This document shows positions 20,201 to 29,075 of a DNA stretch of 45,414 bases, piece by piece. The translations under genes were made by a program, and so were the position numbers. The notes below the pieces were generated by a model. That model ran no database searches, had not been told where the DNA came from, and saw only the letters and a list, made by a program, of their open reading frames with translations. How positions within the stretch are numbered: position 1 is the first letter of the stretch; each line of letters starts with the position of its first letter. This stretch comes from a virus (lineage: Duplodnaviria; Caudoviricetes): positions 1 to 45,414 of the IMG/VR virus record IMGVR_UViG_3300037657_000018; one strand, written 5' to 3'.

Positions 20201-23200
20201 CCGTCGTCTTGGCCACGACCCCGGCTCAGGGAATGCCCGCGTCACGATTCTCGACAACGAGAACAACGCCATCGGCGCCATCGATCAGAACGTCACCAGC
20301 GAGACGCCTGAGGGGATCGCCCGCGAGGCCCTGTTCCTGCATGACGAGGCGCGCGCCGTGTTCGGCGACGAGTACGACCCGGCGTCGTCCAGCATCGAGA
20401 TCGTGAAAAATAACGGCGACAGCGTCTACGTCACGATCATCGCCGATAACGCCATCAGGATCGGCTCAGAAGAAGCCGTGGAGGCTGCGCCTGAAGTGGC
20501 CGCCACAGCGCCGGACGCAGCACCGGCCCCAGCTCCCGAAGCGACCGAGAAGGTCGATCTCGTCAAGCTCCACGCCGAGGGCGAGGCCGCGCTTGCTTCT
20601 TATGTGGCCGGGATCAAGTCGGCGTTCAGGTACATGAAGACGGCCAAGGGCCAGAATTACGCTGTGAAGCTGGCTCACTTCCAGTATCACATCGCCGGTG
20701 CATTCACGCTGCTAGCTAAGATGCGTGACGCCAGGAGCAACGCGACAGCCTCTGAGCTTGCGCAGCTTCCGAAGACAAGCTGGTCGATGAAGGAGGAGGA
20801 GTTCATCCTGTTCCTCATCAGAAGCGGCGCCATGGACACATACGTCAGCGACCTGATGATGAGGAACCGCGTGGTCATCAGGGACGTGCTGAATGGCAAG
20901 GCGAGCGATGCGTTCATCGAGTTCCACACTCGGGCTGTTGCCGGGCTGATGAAGTTCATCGGGCCTGCGGCCCCCTACAAGGGAATGATGCCCAAGGAGA
21001 TCAAGGAACTCGCCTCGCGGTTCGCTGACGGAACGGAATATAATCTGGCCCTGACGGACTTCATGATGCGCGTTGCCGGGGTGTACCTTGAGGGCAAGCC
21101 GCTACCGGCCGACGTTCGCCAGAGCGTCGGCACAACTCCTATCGGCACGCGCAATGTCGTATCAGCAAAGAACGCGAAGCTGGCCGAGACGATCCTGTCG
21201 TCGCAGACGCTTGAGAGCGTAGAGGCCGCGCTGGGCATCAACGGAGAGTCGCAGGACATCACGGGCCAGGAGCGGTCGGACGCCGAAACGCACTTCAGGC
21301 GGTCTGGGCAGGGAACCCCGGTGTTCCCGGCAACGCTGAACCAGGAGGTCCGCGTCGTCCGCGCTCTTGTGGCCGCCATCACGGGGGCGAGGACGTATGT
21401 CTACAGGCTCCCGAGGGCGAAGGGCTCGTTCGCAATTCTCGGCCTCTCGCTCCACAACACGAAGACCGTGCTCGTCAACGAAGATCAGGCCGGAGATGCC
21501 GTAATCACGACGGCCATGCACGAGTGTGCCCACGTCCTGCAGAACGAATACCCGGTCCTCTGGAAGGCCGCCCTGCGTGTGATGAAGGCATATGTCGGGC
21601 AGGAGGGATACACGGCGTGGTACAACGCCCGCTTCCCCGCTGGGGGCGGCGCGAAAAAGTCATACGCCGGCCGTAAGTCTCAGCTCAGTCAGGAAGCCGC
21701 CGACCGCGAGTTCTTCGCGGACTTCTTCGGCTCGCTGGCGACGCAGGAGGCGTTCTGGACCGAGTTCTCCGGGCTCTCAAAGAGGGACCAGGGAACGTTC
21801 CTCGGCGTGGTTCGCGGAGTGCTGCGCTCCGTCAAGAACTTCCTGTCCGAGATCATGCCGGGCGTGAAGTTCACGCACGACATCGACATCCTCATGAAGC
21901 TGATGGCTCGGTTCGCGCGGCTTGAAGCCGACCGCCTGGCTGGCGAAACCAGCGGGCGCGACGTGGAGTTCCAGATGGCTGGCCACATCGCTAACGCCGA
22001 GAAGGCGCTCGGGCAAGAGGCGATGAGTGCAGGCGATAGCGTCATCGTGCCGGGGTCCAAGCCGGAGAAGAAGCCGCGCGTAAGCAGGAAGGCACCATCG
22101 GCAGATGCGAAGACTGTCCCGACTCAGGGCATCTCGCAGACGATGGACGACCTGATCGAGGAGAACCGCGACGCCACTCAGGAGATCGCGCGCAACAAGC
22201 GCAGGCCGCCGTTCCCCGGCAGCAACAGCTCCAGCCGTAGAATCCGCGTCACGAGCGACATGACCTACGCGCGGCGCTGGATGTACAAGATGCTGGTGGA
22301 CAGGAACACGTTCGTTTACCACGCCGTGAAGCAGTGGTCGAAGTACTACCCGTACTCCATGCGCCCGGACGTTGTGCTGCAGCGGTTCGTCGCGTGGTCT
22401 GACAAGGCCCAGATCGCGCTGAACACTGCCGTCATGTCGTTCGACAACGAGCGTGTGATTAACGAGAGCCTTGCCAGCGTGATCCGCAGGTTCGACCTTG
22501 GGCTCGCCATCGAGAGCGGGGAGTTCGGGCAGTTCCTGATCGCGGCCCGGCTGCAGTCGATGTACGCCAAGATCGGCAACAGCTTCTTCGGGCAGGACCC
22601 GACATCGCAGGAGTGGGCCGACAACAAGGCCAAGTACGACCAGTACGTTCAGGCGTACAATGACTACCTGGCGAAGAACCAGGACTGGGTGGACGCCGTC
22701 AAGGCCATCACCGACTGGTCGAACGCCATGATGCAGCGCGTGCTCGAAAGCGGCGCCATCTCCAAGGAGCAGTACAAGGACCTCATCACGCGCTACGACG
22801 TGTACGCGCCTATGTACGTCATCCCGCAGGAGGACGGCACCTACGTCCCCGTGCTGGCGAAGGCGCGCGCCGGACGCATCACCAGCTCGATGGACGAGTT
22901 CAACGCCGACTTCGTGCGCCTTGACCCGATGGACGGCCTCATCAAGAACGCCTACAAGATCGAGTTCTTCATTGCCAACAACAACGCCAAGCGCATGGCG
23001 GTGGAGTTCATTAAGCGGGCGTCCGGCGGCGGCACGTCCCTGCAGTACTTCGGCAAGCGCGTGAAGCCGAAGACCAGCGCCGTGGCCCAGAAGGTCGAGG
23101 AGCTGCTGACGGCGGCCGGAGTCTCGGCCGCAGACCGCAAGGCGCTGGCAGCTTCTGGCGTGTCGAACCCTCTGGACACCGTGGCCAAGATCTTCGTGGC

Positions 23201-25013
23201 CTCGACCTACATGGACCAGAACGTCGTAGCCGTCATGATCGACGGGCAGATCCAGTACTGGCAGCTCGACCCGCTGATTTTCGATGCGTTCACGAGCGAG
23301 TCAACGCTTGGCGAGCGGTCGCTGGTCAGGGCCATCCAGTTCCAGACCCAGATCTTGCGCGCCGGCGTGGTGCTGAACCCTGAGTTCATGGCCCGCAACC
23401 AGATCCGCGACCTTCCCTCGGCGATGGTGCTGGCCCACAGCCTCGTGAACAGCCCGATGGACGTTCTCAGGATGCCGATGATGGTACTGAAGGCGCTCAA
23501 CCACACCATCAAGCGCGACGACGTGTGGCGCGACTTCATGATGGACGGAGCCGGGCGCTCCAGCCGCACCACGCTCGACCAGGAGGGCCTCCGCAAGGGG
23601 ACCATGAAGATGGTCGAGGAGAACAGCGCGGCGTTCAGGAAGCACCGGCTGTCTGAGAACCCGGTGCGCTACCTGCTGGCTGGCAATCCTCTGACGGCCC
23701 TGCAGAAGCTGGGCGACCTCGTCGAGAACAACACGCGCCTGATCGTCTACGAGAAGACGCGCAACGACATGCTGGCCAAGAAGATGTCGTCCGGCGAGGC
23801 GCGGGCCAAGGCCGCAATCGAGGCCCGCGAGGCGTCCACCGACTTCAACCGCGCCGGGCTGATCCTGCGCGAACTGAACCGGCTGATCCCGTTCTTCAAC
23901 GCCGCCGTGCAGTCGAACGACAAGATGTTCAGGACGCTGTTCATCGACGAGGGCAAGGGCGCTGCCTGGGCTCGCGGCATGCTGCTGGTGACGGCCCCGT
24001 CACTCGCCCTGTGGATGCTCAACAAGGACGAGGACTGGTACAAGGAGCAGCCGTACTGGGTTCGCAACCACTTCTGGCTGATCTCGATCGACGGTGGCAA
24101 GAACGTCATCATGCTGCCGAAGCCGTTTGAAATCGGCATGGTGTTCGCGTCCATGCCGGAGCGGATGATGGAGTGGTACGCCAACGACGACCCGAAGGGG
24201 TTCAAGGAGTGGGCCGACCAGTTCCAGCGCGACGTTCTCCCGTTTGACCACCGCGTCATGCTGGGCCCGGCGCTGACCGCCATCACCGAGATCCAGTCGA
24301 ACTACGACGTGTACCGGGACACTCCGATCGTCAAGGGCTGGCTGCAGGACGTGGAGCTGAAGGACCAGTACACGTCGCGGACGAGCGAGTTCGCCAAGTG
24401 GCTGGCACGCACGTCGCCCGACGGGAAGCTGTCTCCGCTGATGGTTGACCACTTCGTCTCGGGGGCCTTCGGTGGCCTCGGCACGCTGGCGGCCCGCATG
24501 GCGTCTGGCATCATCCTGTCGATCGACGACGAGGCGCGCGCGAAGCGGCCGGAGTCGAAGATGATCTACGACACCATCCCTGACTGGGTGCCGATGGCGT
24601 CTGCCTTCGTCAAAGTCGGCCCCGTCGAGTACACGCAACAGATGGACGAGTTCTATGAGCAGTTCGACAAGACGCGAGAGGCCGTCACGTCGATGCGCAA
24701 CAACAAGACCTCGGGCCTGAACAGGCAGGAGTGGGCCGAGTTCTACCGCAGGCGCGGAGTTGACCTGGTGCTTAACGAGTCGCTGTCGCGAATCCATGAG
24801 CCCATGTCGAAGCTCACCAAGCAGCTCCGCGTGGTGTACTCTGCCCCGGCCGGCGTGCTGTCGAAGGAAGAGAAGCGCAAGCAGATCAACAAGCTGATCC
24901 GCGCACGGTCGCAGATCGTCACGCAGTACATGGACAAGTTCAACAACATCGACATCGACAGCCTGCAGCAGAGCGTCGATAAGGCCGCAGACGGAATGGA
25001 AGGGAGAAAGTAA
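17259..25013 (+). CDS. Large polyvalent internal virion protein (HExxH zincin-like motif, C-terminal LPD38-like domain)
   Basis: 2,584 aa; MHECAH; DFNRAG...IPFFNAAVQ and WYKEQPYWVRNHFWLI...LPKPFEIG. Confidence 0.85.
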   Translation: MPSNLNPTPAWVFSEEMLAPKSSTPVPLLPVAADKETPQLAVGATVDINAAPDWVREMSPVAHMAVGMPDARLAMFPDEDAGDGDDRDGRLLRGVKGIALGVSSMAPSTLTLLGGVMQKFNFDSGQDVAEAGLQLQAVLEDNLAAENPTFYDHFWQGFGSMLSFIVPGFGAVGAAGKVALGVGRLAKLSKVVNGASELTKAGRVFKVLAGDAAMSILESGVEQAQRQQELMGQGMTAEDALKASEGVFWKNLPVLLGTNAATYFTPAGFVARTLIGGTSEGLQERYQSVVQDVASGKGQWSDFFNTDKYRTETAVGALLGLMGGALPAGDKFGPDSEKAPAPAAPAATPSAGGPAPATPGAAPAATAPAMPPGAPVGKPNDRPTAQGYDDFTDEDEGAQEPTGAAGPVEPVQQASLFDAGPIQPEQVEQAVAEFQAGLSETLGVQVNEATLLDEPSRTRLRGSLQAALEAERAGKHTEATRHLNAASAILGRAAVMQDAGNWFGRIAQRLSDETGLDISPDEVAATFADRASDVAAAIHGARQQAAGMDPAAGAQSYEGELARVFIKARKSMRDTVIGPKTETALEEIARSVSEELGVQVSGSDLFSALGPKDKVKAIKLMRENPKRAAEFIKSKLFHGEQTANQEGQNELPVPELPVAEAPVQEPAPAAPEEPAAPEEAVPATNEEQLREEAQRGVYEEHLRGVSDDDVSAFEMVADSMDYEVDGQLFVPTDLTQEQITEIAAEVGRINEITSRKAGERAAEALRERIRNIVRTSRESRSQGPASAVPAAPSPGPSNQQPVAEPEGTPDLTGETAPAPQDELFPSDAPQGMKDEIVQAEAPKRKRGRPAKKEARSLDQQIEDQQAVVKYYRNIVQNSRNVRQATRRKYAEAQQKLDDLLRQRGDVAPADATQEMQEAIAPPAAPAAAPAPAAGRMDDRAPGVYEKNGATEVVIDLSQEEWYEPDRQRPAAELKDDRARADRRLGHDPGSGNARVTILDNENNAIGAIDQNVTSETPEGIAREALFLHDEARAVFGDEYDPASSSIEIVKNNGDSVYVTIIADNAIRIGSEEAVEAAPEVAATAPDAAPAPAPEATEKVDLVKLHAEGEAALASYVAGIKSAFRYMKTAKGQNYAVKLAHFQYHIAGAFTLLAKMRDARSNATASELAQLPKTSWSMKEEEFILFLIRSGAMDTYVSDLMMRNRVVIRDVLNGKASDAFIEFHTRAVAGLMKFIGPAAPYKGMMPKEIKELASRFADGTEYNLALTDFMMRVAGVYLEGKPLPADVRQSVGTTPIGTRNVVSAKNAKLAETILSSQTLESVEAALGINGESQDITGQERSDAETHFRRSGQGTPVFPATLNQEVRVVRALVAAITGARTYVYRLPRAKGSFAILGLSLHNTKTVLVNEDQAGDAVITTAMHECAHVLQNEYPVLWKAALRVMKAYVGQEGYTAWYNARFPAGGGAKKSYAGRKSQLSQEAADREFFADFFGSLATQEAFWTEFSGLSKRDQGTFLGVVRGVLRSVKNFLSEIMPGVKFTHDIDILMKLMARFARLEADRLAGETSGRDVEFQMAGHIANAEKALGQEAMSAGDSVIVPGSKPEKKPRVSRKAPSADAKTVPTQGISQTMDDLIEENRDATQEIARNKRRPPFPGSNSSSRRIRVTSDMTYARRWMYKMLVDRNTFVYHAVKQWSKYYPYSMRPDVVLQRFVAWSDKAQIALNTAVMSFDNERVINESLASVIRRFDLGLAIESGEFGQFLIAARLQSMYAKIGNSFFGQDPTSQEWADNKAKYDQYVQAYNDYLAKNQDWVDAVKAITDWSNAMMQRVLESGAISKEQYKDLITRYDVYAPMYVIPQEDGTYVPVLAKARAGRITSSMDEFNADFVRLDPMDGLIKNAYKIEFFIANNNAKRMAVEFIKRASGGGTSLQYFGKRVKPKTSAVAQKVEELLTAAGVSAADRKALAASGVSNPLDTVAKIFVASTYMDQNVVAVMIDGQIQYWQLDPLIFDAFTSESTLGERSLVRAIQFQTQILRAGVVLNPEFMARNQIRDLPSAMVLAHSLVNSPMDVLRMPMMVLKALNHTIKRDDVWRDFMMDGAGRSSRTTLDQEGLRKGTMKMVEENSAAFRKHRLSENPVRYLLAGNPLTALQKLGDLVENNTRLIVYEKTRNDMLAKKMSSGEARAKAAIEAREASTDFNRAGLILRELNRLIPFFNAAVQSNDKMFRTLFIDEGKGAAWARGMLLVTAPSLALWMLNKDEDWYKEQPYWVRNHFWLISIDGGKNVIMLPKPFEIGMVFASMPERMMEWYANDDPKGFKEWADQFQRDVLPFDHRVMLGPALTAITEIQSNYDVYRDTPIVKGWLQDVELKDQYTSRTSEFAKWLARTSPDGKLSPLMVDHFVSGAFGGLGTLAARMASGIILSIDDEARAKRPESKMIYDTIPDWVPMASAFVKVGPVEYTQQMDEFYEQFDKTREAVTSMRNNKTSGLNRQEWAEFYRRRGVDLVLNESLSRIHEPMSKLTKQLRVVYSAPAGVLSKEEKRKQINKLIRARSQIVTQYMDKFNNIDIDSLQQSVDKAADGMEGRK

Positions 25014-25631
25014 ATGGACCCGATCACGACACTCTCTGGCCCCATCAGTGTGGCCGCTTTCGACGACGACGTGGACGCTGTCGGAACGGCCGTTCTGGCC
25101 GAGATCATGCAGCTTCTGGACAAGGTCAACGAGGTCATCGGCGGCCTCACCGACGTTTCCGACCTGCTCGACGAGACCATCGTGGACGTGGAGGCCATGT
25201 CCGACCACGAGCTGAGGATCGACAACCTTGAGTCGGCCGCCTCCACCAACCTCGTGTACGACTCCAGCCCGTTCCCTAGCGACACCGTACTGCTTCTGAC
25301 CGCTGCGGACGTTCTCGCCTACCGGACGATCAACATTCGCGGGTCAACTCCTGGGATCACGAACATCAAGCTGGTGCTCCCCTCGGTGAACCAGGCCGTC
25401 GCCCCCATCACGGTCATCGCGCACGACCTCGCGTCTCTTAAGATCTTCGTGGACGGCTCGTGGATGACGGGCGTGGCGTCGAACTACGGCGCAGACGCTG
25501 GATACGTCCTCATGAGTGTCGCCAGCGGCAACGGCATGTGCATGCAGTTCACCGTAGGGAAGAACCCGGTCGATAGCCTCCAGTACTGGACGCCGATCGG
25601 CCCCTACAGCGGCCTGATGATTACGCCATGA
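25014..25631 (+). CDS. Hypothetical protein, possibly structural
   Basis: TAAATG coupling; coiled-coil N-half, beta-rich C-half. Confidence 0.7.
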   Translation: MDPITTLSGPISVAAFDDDVDAVGTAVLAEIMQLLDKVNEVIGGLTDVSDLLDETIVDVEAMSDHELRIDNLESAASTNLVYDSSPFPSDTVLLLTAADVLAYRTINIRGSTPGITNIKLVLPSVNQAVAPITVIAHDLASLKIFVDGSWMTGVASNYGADAGYVLMSVASGNGMCMQFTVGKNPVDSLQYWTPIGPYSGLMITP

Positions 25632-26005
25632 CGCCGTCGCGCTGGACCTACTATACGGTCGAGGAGCTGGCCTGTCGTCATTGTGGCCTGAACCTCATGG
25701 ACCACGAGTTCATGTTGAAAATGGTAGCCATTCGCGACCTGCTGGGGTTCTCCTTGCCGGTGTCGTCGGGCTACCGCTGCCCCGTCCACAACGCCGCAGT
25801 TTCGTCTACGGGCGACGATGGTCCGCACACGACCGGGAAGGCCGTGGACATCGCGATCAGCTACCAGAGCGCGCGGGCGCTCGTCACAACGGCGCTGGAG
25901 ATGGGGTTCTTGGGGGTCGGCATCAAGCAGCACGGCCCCGTCAGTGGCCGGATGGTTCACCTCGACATGGTGCCGGGGCCTGAACGCATCTGGACCTACC
26001 CGTAG
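25628..26005 (+). CDS. Endolysin, peptidase M15A family
   Basis: ELAC.HCG, SSGYRCPVHN, HTTGKAVDI, VHLD zinc-binding motifs. Confidence 0.92.
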   Translation: MTPSRWTYYTVEELACRHCGLNLMDHEFMLKMVAIRDLLGFSLPVSSGYRCPVHNAAVSSTGDDGPHTTGKAVDIAISYQSARALVTTALEMGFLGVGIKQHGPVSGRMVHLDMVPGPERIWTYP

Positions 26006-26017
26006 GAGGGTGATACA

Positions 26018-26296
26018 ATGGACCCCGTAGTCCTCACATCGGTCGGCGCCGCACTGGCCGCCGGGGCCGCTGGCAACGCGATCGGCAAGAGCCCGATCAC
26101 GGGCGAGCGCAAGTGGGACGAGCTGCTCGGCCCCCTGGGTGCCCTGCTAGCCCCGTGGATCGCCAAGCAGGTGTTCAAGGCCGACCTGACGAGCGAGCAG
26201 GTCGTCACGATCAGCGTGGCGGCGAGCGGCATCTGGTCGCAGGGCAAGAACCTGTACCAGTTCGTTCGTGGAGTTTTCAAGAAAGGACCGAAATGA
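26018..26296 (+). CDS. Putative holin
   Basis: Small, with 2-3 hydrophobic segments and a basic C-terminus; next to the endolysin. Confidence 0.6.
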   Translation: MDPVVLTSVGAALAAGAAGNAIGKSPITGERKWDELLGPLGALLAPWIAKQVFKADLTSEQVVTISVAASGIWSQGKNLYQFVRGVFKKGPK

Positions 26297-26559
26297 GCTA
26301 CCTCACCAGACTCTGGGACAAGATCGTTCTCAAGCTCGGCGTCATCGCCGGGTTCATCAAGCCCCTTGCCAACGAGCTGAAGATCGCCGTCAGCGAAGGC
26401 GACGCCGCGAAGGCCCGCGCCATCAACGCGAAGCTGCGCGAGAAGGCGATGGACGTCATCGCCCTGTGCGACAAGGTGGACCTCGTGCTGGAGGACAACA
26501 CCGTCACGATTGCCGAGGGCAGCGAGGTCGCGCTCGCCATCGAGGCCATCGCCGACTAA
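26293..26559 (+). CDS. Hypothetical lysis-cassette protein
   Basis: ATGA overlap, AAGGA RBS; last gene before the terminator. Confidence 0.7.
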   Translation: MSYLTRLWDKIVLKLGVIAGFIKPLANELKIAVSEGDAAKARAINAKLREKAMDVIALCDKVDLVLEDNTVTIAEGSEVALAIEAIAD

Positions 26560-26590
26560 GCACAAGTAGTGAAGTTCTCCGATAGATGAC

Positions 26591-26621
26591 GGCCGGGGGT
26601 TTTTTGCTCCCGGCCTTTTTT
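26591..26621 (+). terminator. Rho-independent terminator ending the late operon
   Basis: GGCCGGG...CCCGGCC stem followed by a T-run. Confidence 0.85.
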
Positions 26622-26626
26622 ATCCC

Positions 26627-26655
26627 TTGCGAAACGACATCCGCTGGGCTATTGT
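26627..26655 (+). promoter_or_regulatory. Sigma70-type promoter of the early/middle operon
   Basis: TTGCGA-17 nt-TATTGT upstream of GGAGG and ATG 26675. Confidence 0.7.
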
Positions 26656-26674
26656 TGCCCATTGGAGGTACGAA

Positions 26675-26911
26675 ATGAAGTCAGCGAGATTCGTTACGCC
26701 GACGCAAAGGCGCAGGATGATCGAAGTGTTCCTTGAGCAGTCGGGCTGGACGTGGTACACCCTGTCGAAGGAGATGGGGATGAGCCAGTCCACCGTCAGC
26801 AAGATCTTCAAGGACCCGAATGGTCGCGGATACGGAAATCCGAGGGTGGAAGTGCTGCAGCGGCTCGCCAAGGCGACGGGCACGTCTGTCGGCTTCTGGT
26901 GCGACATCTAG
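26675..26911 (+). CDS. XRE/Cro-family HTH regulator
   Basis: WTWYTLSKEMGMSQSTVSKI...NPRVEVLQRLAKA. Confidence 0.88.
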   Translation: MKSARFVTPTQRRRMIEVFLEQSGWTWYTLSKEMGMSQSTVSKIFKDPNGRGYGNPRVEVLQRLAKATGTSVGFWCDI

Positions 26912-26920
26912 GAGGCTGTC

Positions 26921-27217
26921 ATGGATTTGGTCGTTCGTAACAGGGCCAAGTGCGGAGCGCTCCTGCTCCCGTCGCTGTTCGACAAGCCGTTCAGGCCCAA
27001 GCTGTTCGCCGTGTGCGACTCTCTCGGGCAGGTTGTGTCGCTCCCGCACGAGGACCGCCGCCATGCGTGGTACGAGGCGCGACAGCGCGTTGAGAACATC
27101 CGCCTGGCCTACGCCGGAGGCGATCCGGCATACCACAACTGGACGCGCCGGGCCAACCGCATCGGTTACAGGCTCTATCGCGTCAGCATCGTGAGGCTGG
27201 ACAATGTCAGACGATAA
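26921..27217 (+). CDS. Hypothetical protein
   Basis: AGGAGG RBS; operon context. Confidence 0.7.
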   Translation: MDLVVRNRAKCGALLLPSLFDKPFRPKLFAVCDSLGQVVSLPHEDRRHAWYEARQRVENIRLAYAGGDPAYHNWTRRANRIGYRLYRVSIVRLDNVRR

Positions 27218-27419
27218 CGTTCGCCCGAGGGGTCGCTGCTGCGACTGCCGCAATCTTGGCATCTTCCCCGATGGGACCGCCGAGTGCGAGGGACCGATCC
27301 CCGCCGTGTATCAGGCGTCGTTAGCGATTGCCGGTATCAAGTTGACTCCGGCAGAGGTCGTGGTCATCCGTTCCTGCGACTGCTACGAGGGCCGTATCAA
27401 GCCGCTGGAGGTGGACTGA
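27204..27419 (+). CDS. Small Cys-rich hypothetical protein
   Basis: CCDC, C, CDC pattern; overlap coupling. Confidence 0.6.
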   Translation: MSDDNVRPRGRCCDCRNLGIFPDGTAECEGPIPAVYQASLAIAGIKLTPAEVVVIRSCDCYEGRIKPLEVD

Positions 27420-27775
27420 TGACCGACCGCCGCGACCAGTACATTTGCGCTGCGCTGACGGGGCTGCTGGCCAACAGCGACACCGAGGGGGCAATGCAGG
27501 ACATCGCCACCGATGCCGTCAATCTTGCCGACGCCGCCCTCGCCGCTGCGGGGGAGAAGGAAGCCGGGACGATCCAGCTGGGTCACACCTGCACCGTCTG
27601 CCCCGTGTTTCAGGCCGAGATCGCACGCCTCAAGCGGCAGGCAGAGCCGCTGACGCAAACCGAAGCCGTCGAGGCATGGAACATGTGGTGCACCAGCGGG
27701 AGCAGCAGCACGGGCATCGAGGGCATTACTGAGCGCGAGCGAATCATCACGGCGGTCAAGAGTAGGAGGGTGTGA
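27419..27775 (+). CDS. Hypothetical phage protein (RD...AL.GLLA...ADA family)
   Basis: TGATG coupling; MTDRRDQYICAALTGLLAN...AVNLADAAL. Confidence 0.7.
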   Translation: MTDRRDQYICAALTGLLANSDTEGAMQDIATDAVNLADAALAAAGEKEAGTIQLGHTCTVCPVFQAEIARLKRQAEPLTQTEAVEAWNMWCTSGSSSTGIEGITERERIITAVKSRRV

Positions 27776-28050
27776 TGGACCACGACATCAGAAAGCCCTG
27801 CCCGCTCTGCGGCAGCAAAAACATCATCAAGCGCCGCGTGGCCACTACCTGTCATGACTGCAACACGAAGGGCGACAACTACGCATGGCATGGGGAGCGC
27901 TGCATGGTTCAAATCCCCACCGCCGACTGGCGGCGGTTGGCAAAGCTGGCAGATGTGGCCGTTCATGCTGCTGGCGAGGCCGGGACCAGAGGGTCGTGGG
28001 GCGACGAGTTGTTGACCCTCATCGAGAAGGTGCGAGCCGCCAATGACTAG
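27772..28050 (+). CDS. Lar-like zinc-ribbon protein
   Basis: KPCPLCGS...CHDC. Confidence 0.65.
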   Translation: MMDHDIRKPCPLCGSKNIIKRRVATTCHDCNTKGDNYAWHGERCMVQIPTADWRRLAKLADVAVHAAGEAGTRGSWGDELLTLIEKVRAAND

Positions 28051-28441
28051 CCCGAAGGCGAGCGGGCCAAGGTGCAGATTTTGCGGCGATGCCCTGATGG
28101 GCGGCGACCGCTGCGGCTACAACGTGGACTGCCTGCGGGTTCAACTCGCCGCCGTATCCGCCGAGCGGGACGAGCTGCTTGCCGTCGCCAACATGAACAA
28201 AGAGAACTGGGTCCTCCGGGCTGGCAACCTGCACAACGAAGTCAACAGGCTGCGGGAAGCCGTCAAGACAACAACCGTCCACCTGATGGCCGCAATTAGT
28301 CTGCTTGAGGACTCGCCCAAGACGGCCGCCCCATCGGACAAGATGTTCGACATCATGCTCAACGACTACCGCAAGGCCGTGGAGATTGGCCGCGCTGCTG
28401 CCGGGTACACGAAAGGAGCCGACGATGCCGACGCCAGTTGA
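28043..28441 (+). CDS. Hypothetical protein (Cys motif plus coiled coil)
   Basis: CRFC...C; overlap coupling. Confidence 0.65.
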   Translation: MTSPKASGPRCRFCGDALMGGDRCGYNVDCLRVQLAAVSAERDELLAVANMNKENWVLRAGNLHNEVNRLREAVKTTTVHLMAAISLLEDSPKTAAPSDKMFDIMLNDYRKAVEIGRAAAGYTKGADDADAS

Positions 28442-28640
28442 GAGGATCAGGGAAGCGTTCAACGCCTTCGACAATCTCCCGGGCCATGCAGTCGGCCCCG
28501 AGGTGATGAGCCTTATCGTAGCCATCACCGCCGCTCTCGAAGCCGAGAGGGAGATGAGGGATTGCTGGCGGTCGTTCCGCGACCATCCGAACGACGACTA
28601 CTCGCGCAGCGTGCTCAACCGCCACCTCGGGGGTGGGTGA
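28425..28640 (+). CDS. Hypothetical protein
   Basis: AAGGAG RBS; MPTPVERIRE... Confidence 0.6.
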   Translation: MPTPVERIREAFNAFDNLPGHAVGPEVMSLIVAITAALEAEREMRDCWRSFRDHPNDDYSRSVLNRHLGGG

Positions 28641-28726
28641 TGGCCTTCTGGGTTCTATTCTGGACGGCCATCGCCGTACTGGCGTGGTGCGCGTGGGACG
28701 AGATGAACCAATGGAAGGGCAAGTGA
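28640..28726 (+). CDS. 28-aa single-TM microprotein
   Basis: MAFWVLFWTAIAVLAWCAWDEMNQWKGK; TGATG coupling; fills the gap exactly; absent from the ORF track. Confidence 0.55.
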   Translation: MAFWVLFWTAIAVLAWCAWDEMNQWKGK

Positions 28727-28727
28727 C

Positions 28728-29075
28728 ATGGCCGATGAACTGAAGCCTTGTCCAGCGTGTGGCGGCGAGAATGTCTGGCCAGAAACAAACTACGGGCCGA
28801 AGGCGGCGCGATGTGATGCGTGCGACCTGCTCATGTACGACTGGAACACCCGCCCCATCGAAGCCGCCCTCCTCGCCCGCGCCGAGGCGGCGGAGGAGAA
28901 GCTGGATAAGGTAAGGAAGTGGCGTGACGACAACCTCGACTACGTCTGCTCCTGCTCCGAGGCCTACACCAGCCGAAACCTGATCGACGGCGACTGCCAG
29001 TGGCACGACATCGAGACCTCCGACCTCGACGCAATCCTGGCCCCCGGCGGCGGGGAGAAAGGCAAGCATGAATGA
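28728..29075 (+). CDS. Lar family restriction-alleviation-like protein
   Basis: ELKPCPACGG...CDAC...WNTRP. Confidence 0.75.
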   Translation: MADELKPCPACGGENVWPETNYGPKAARCDACDLLMYDWNTRPIEAALLARAEAAEEKLDKVRKWRDDNLDYVCSCSEAYTSRNLIDGDCQWHDIETSDLDAILAPGGGEKGKHE

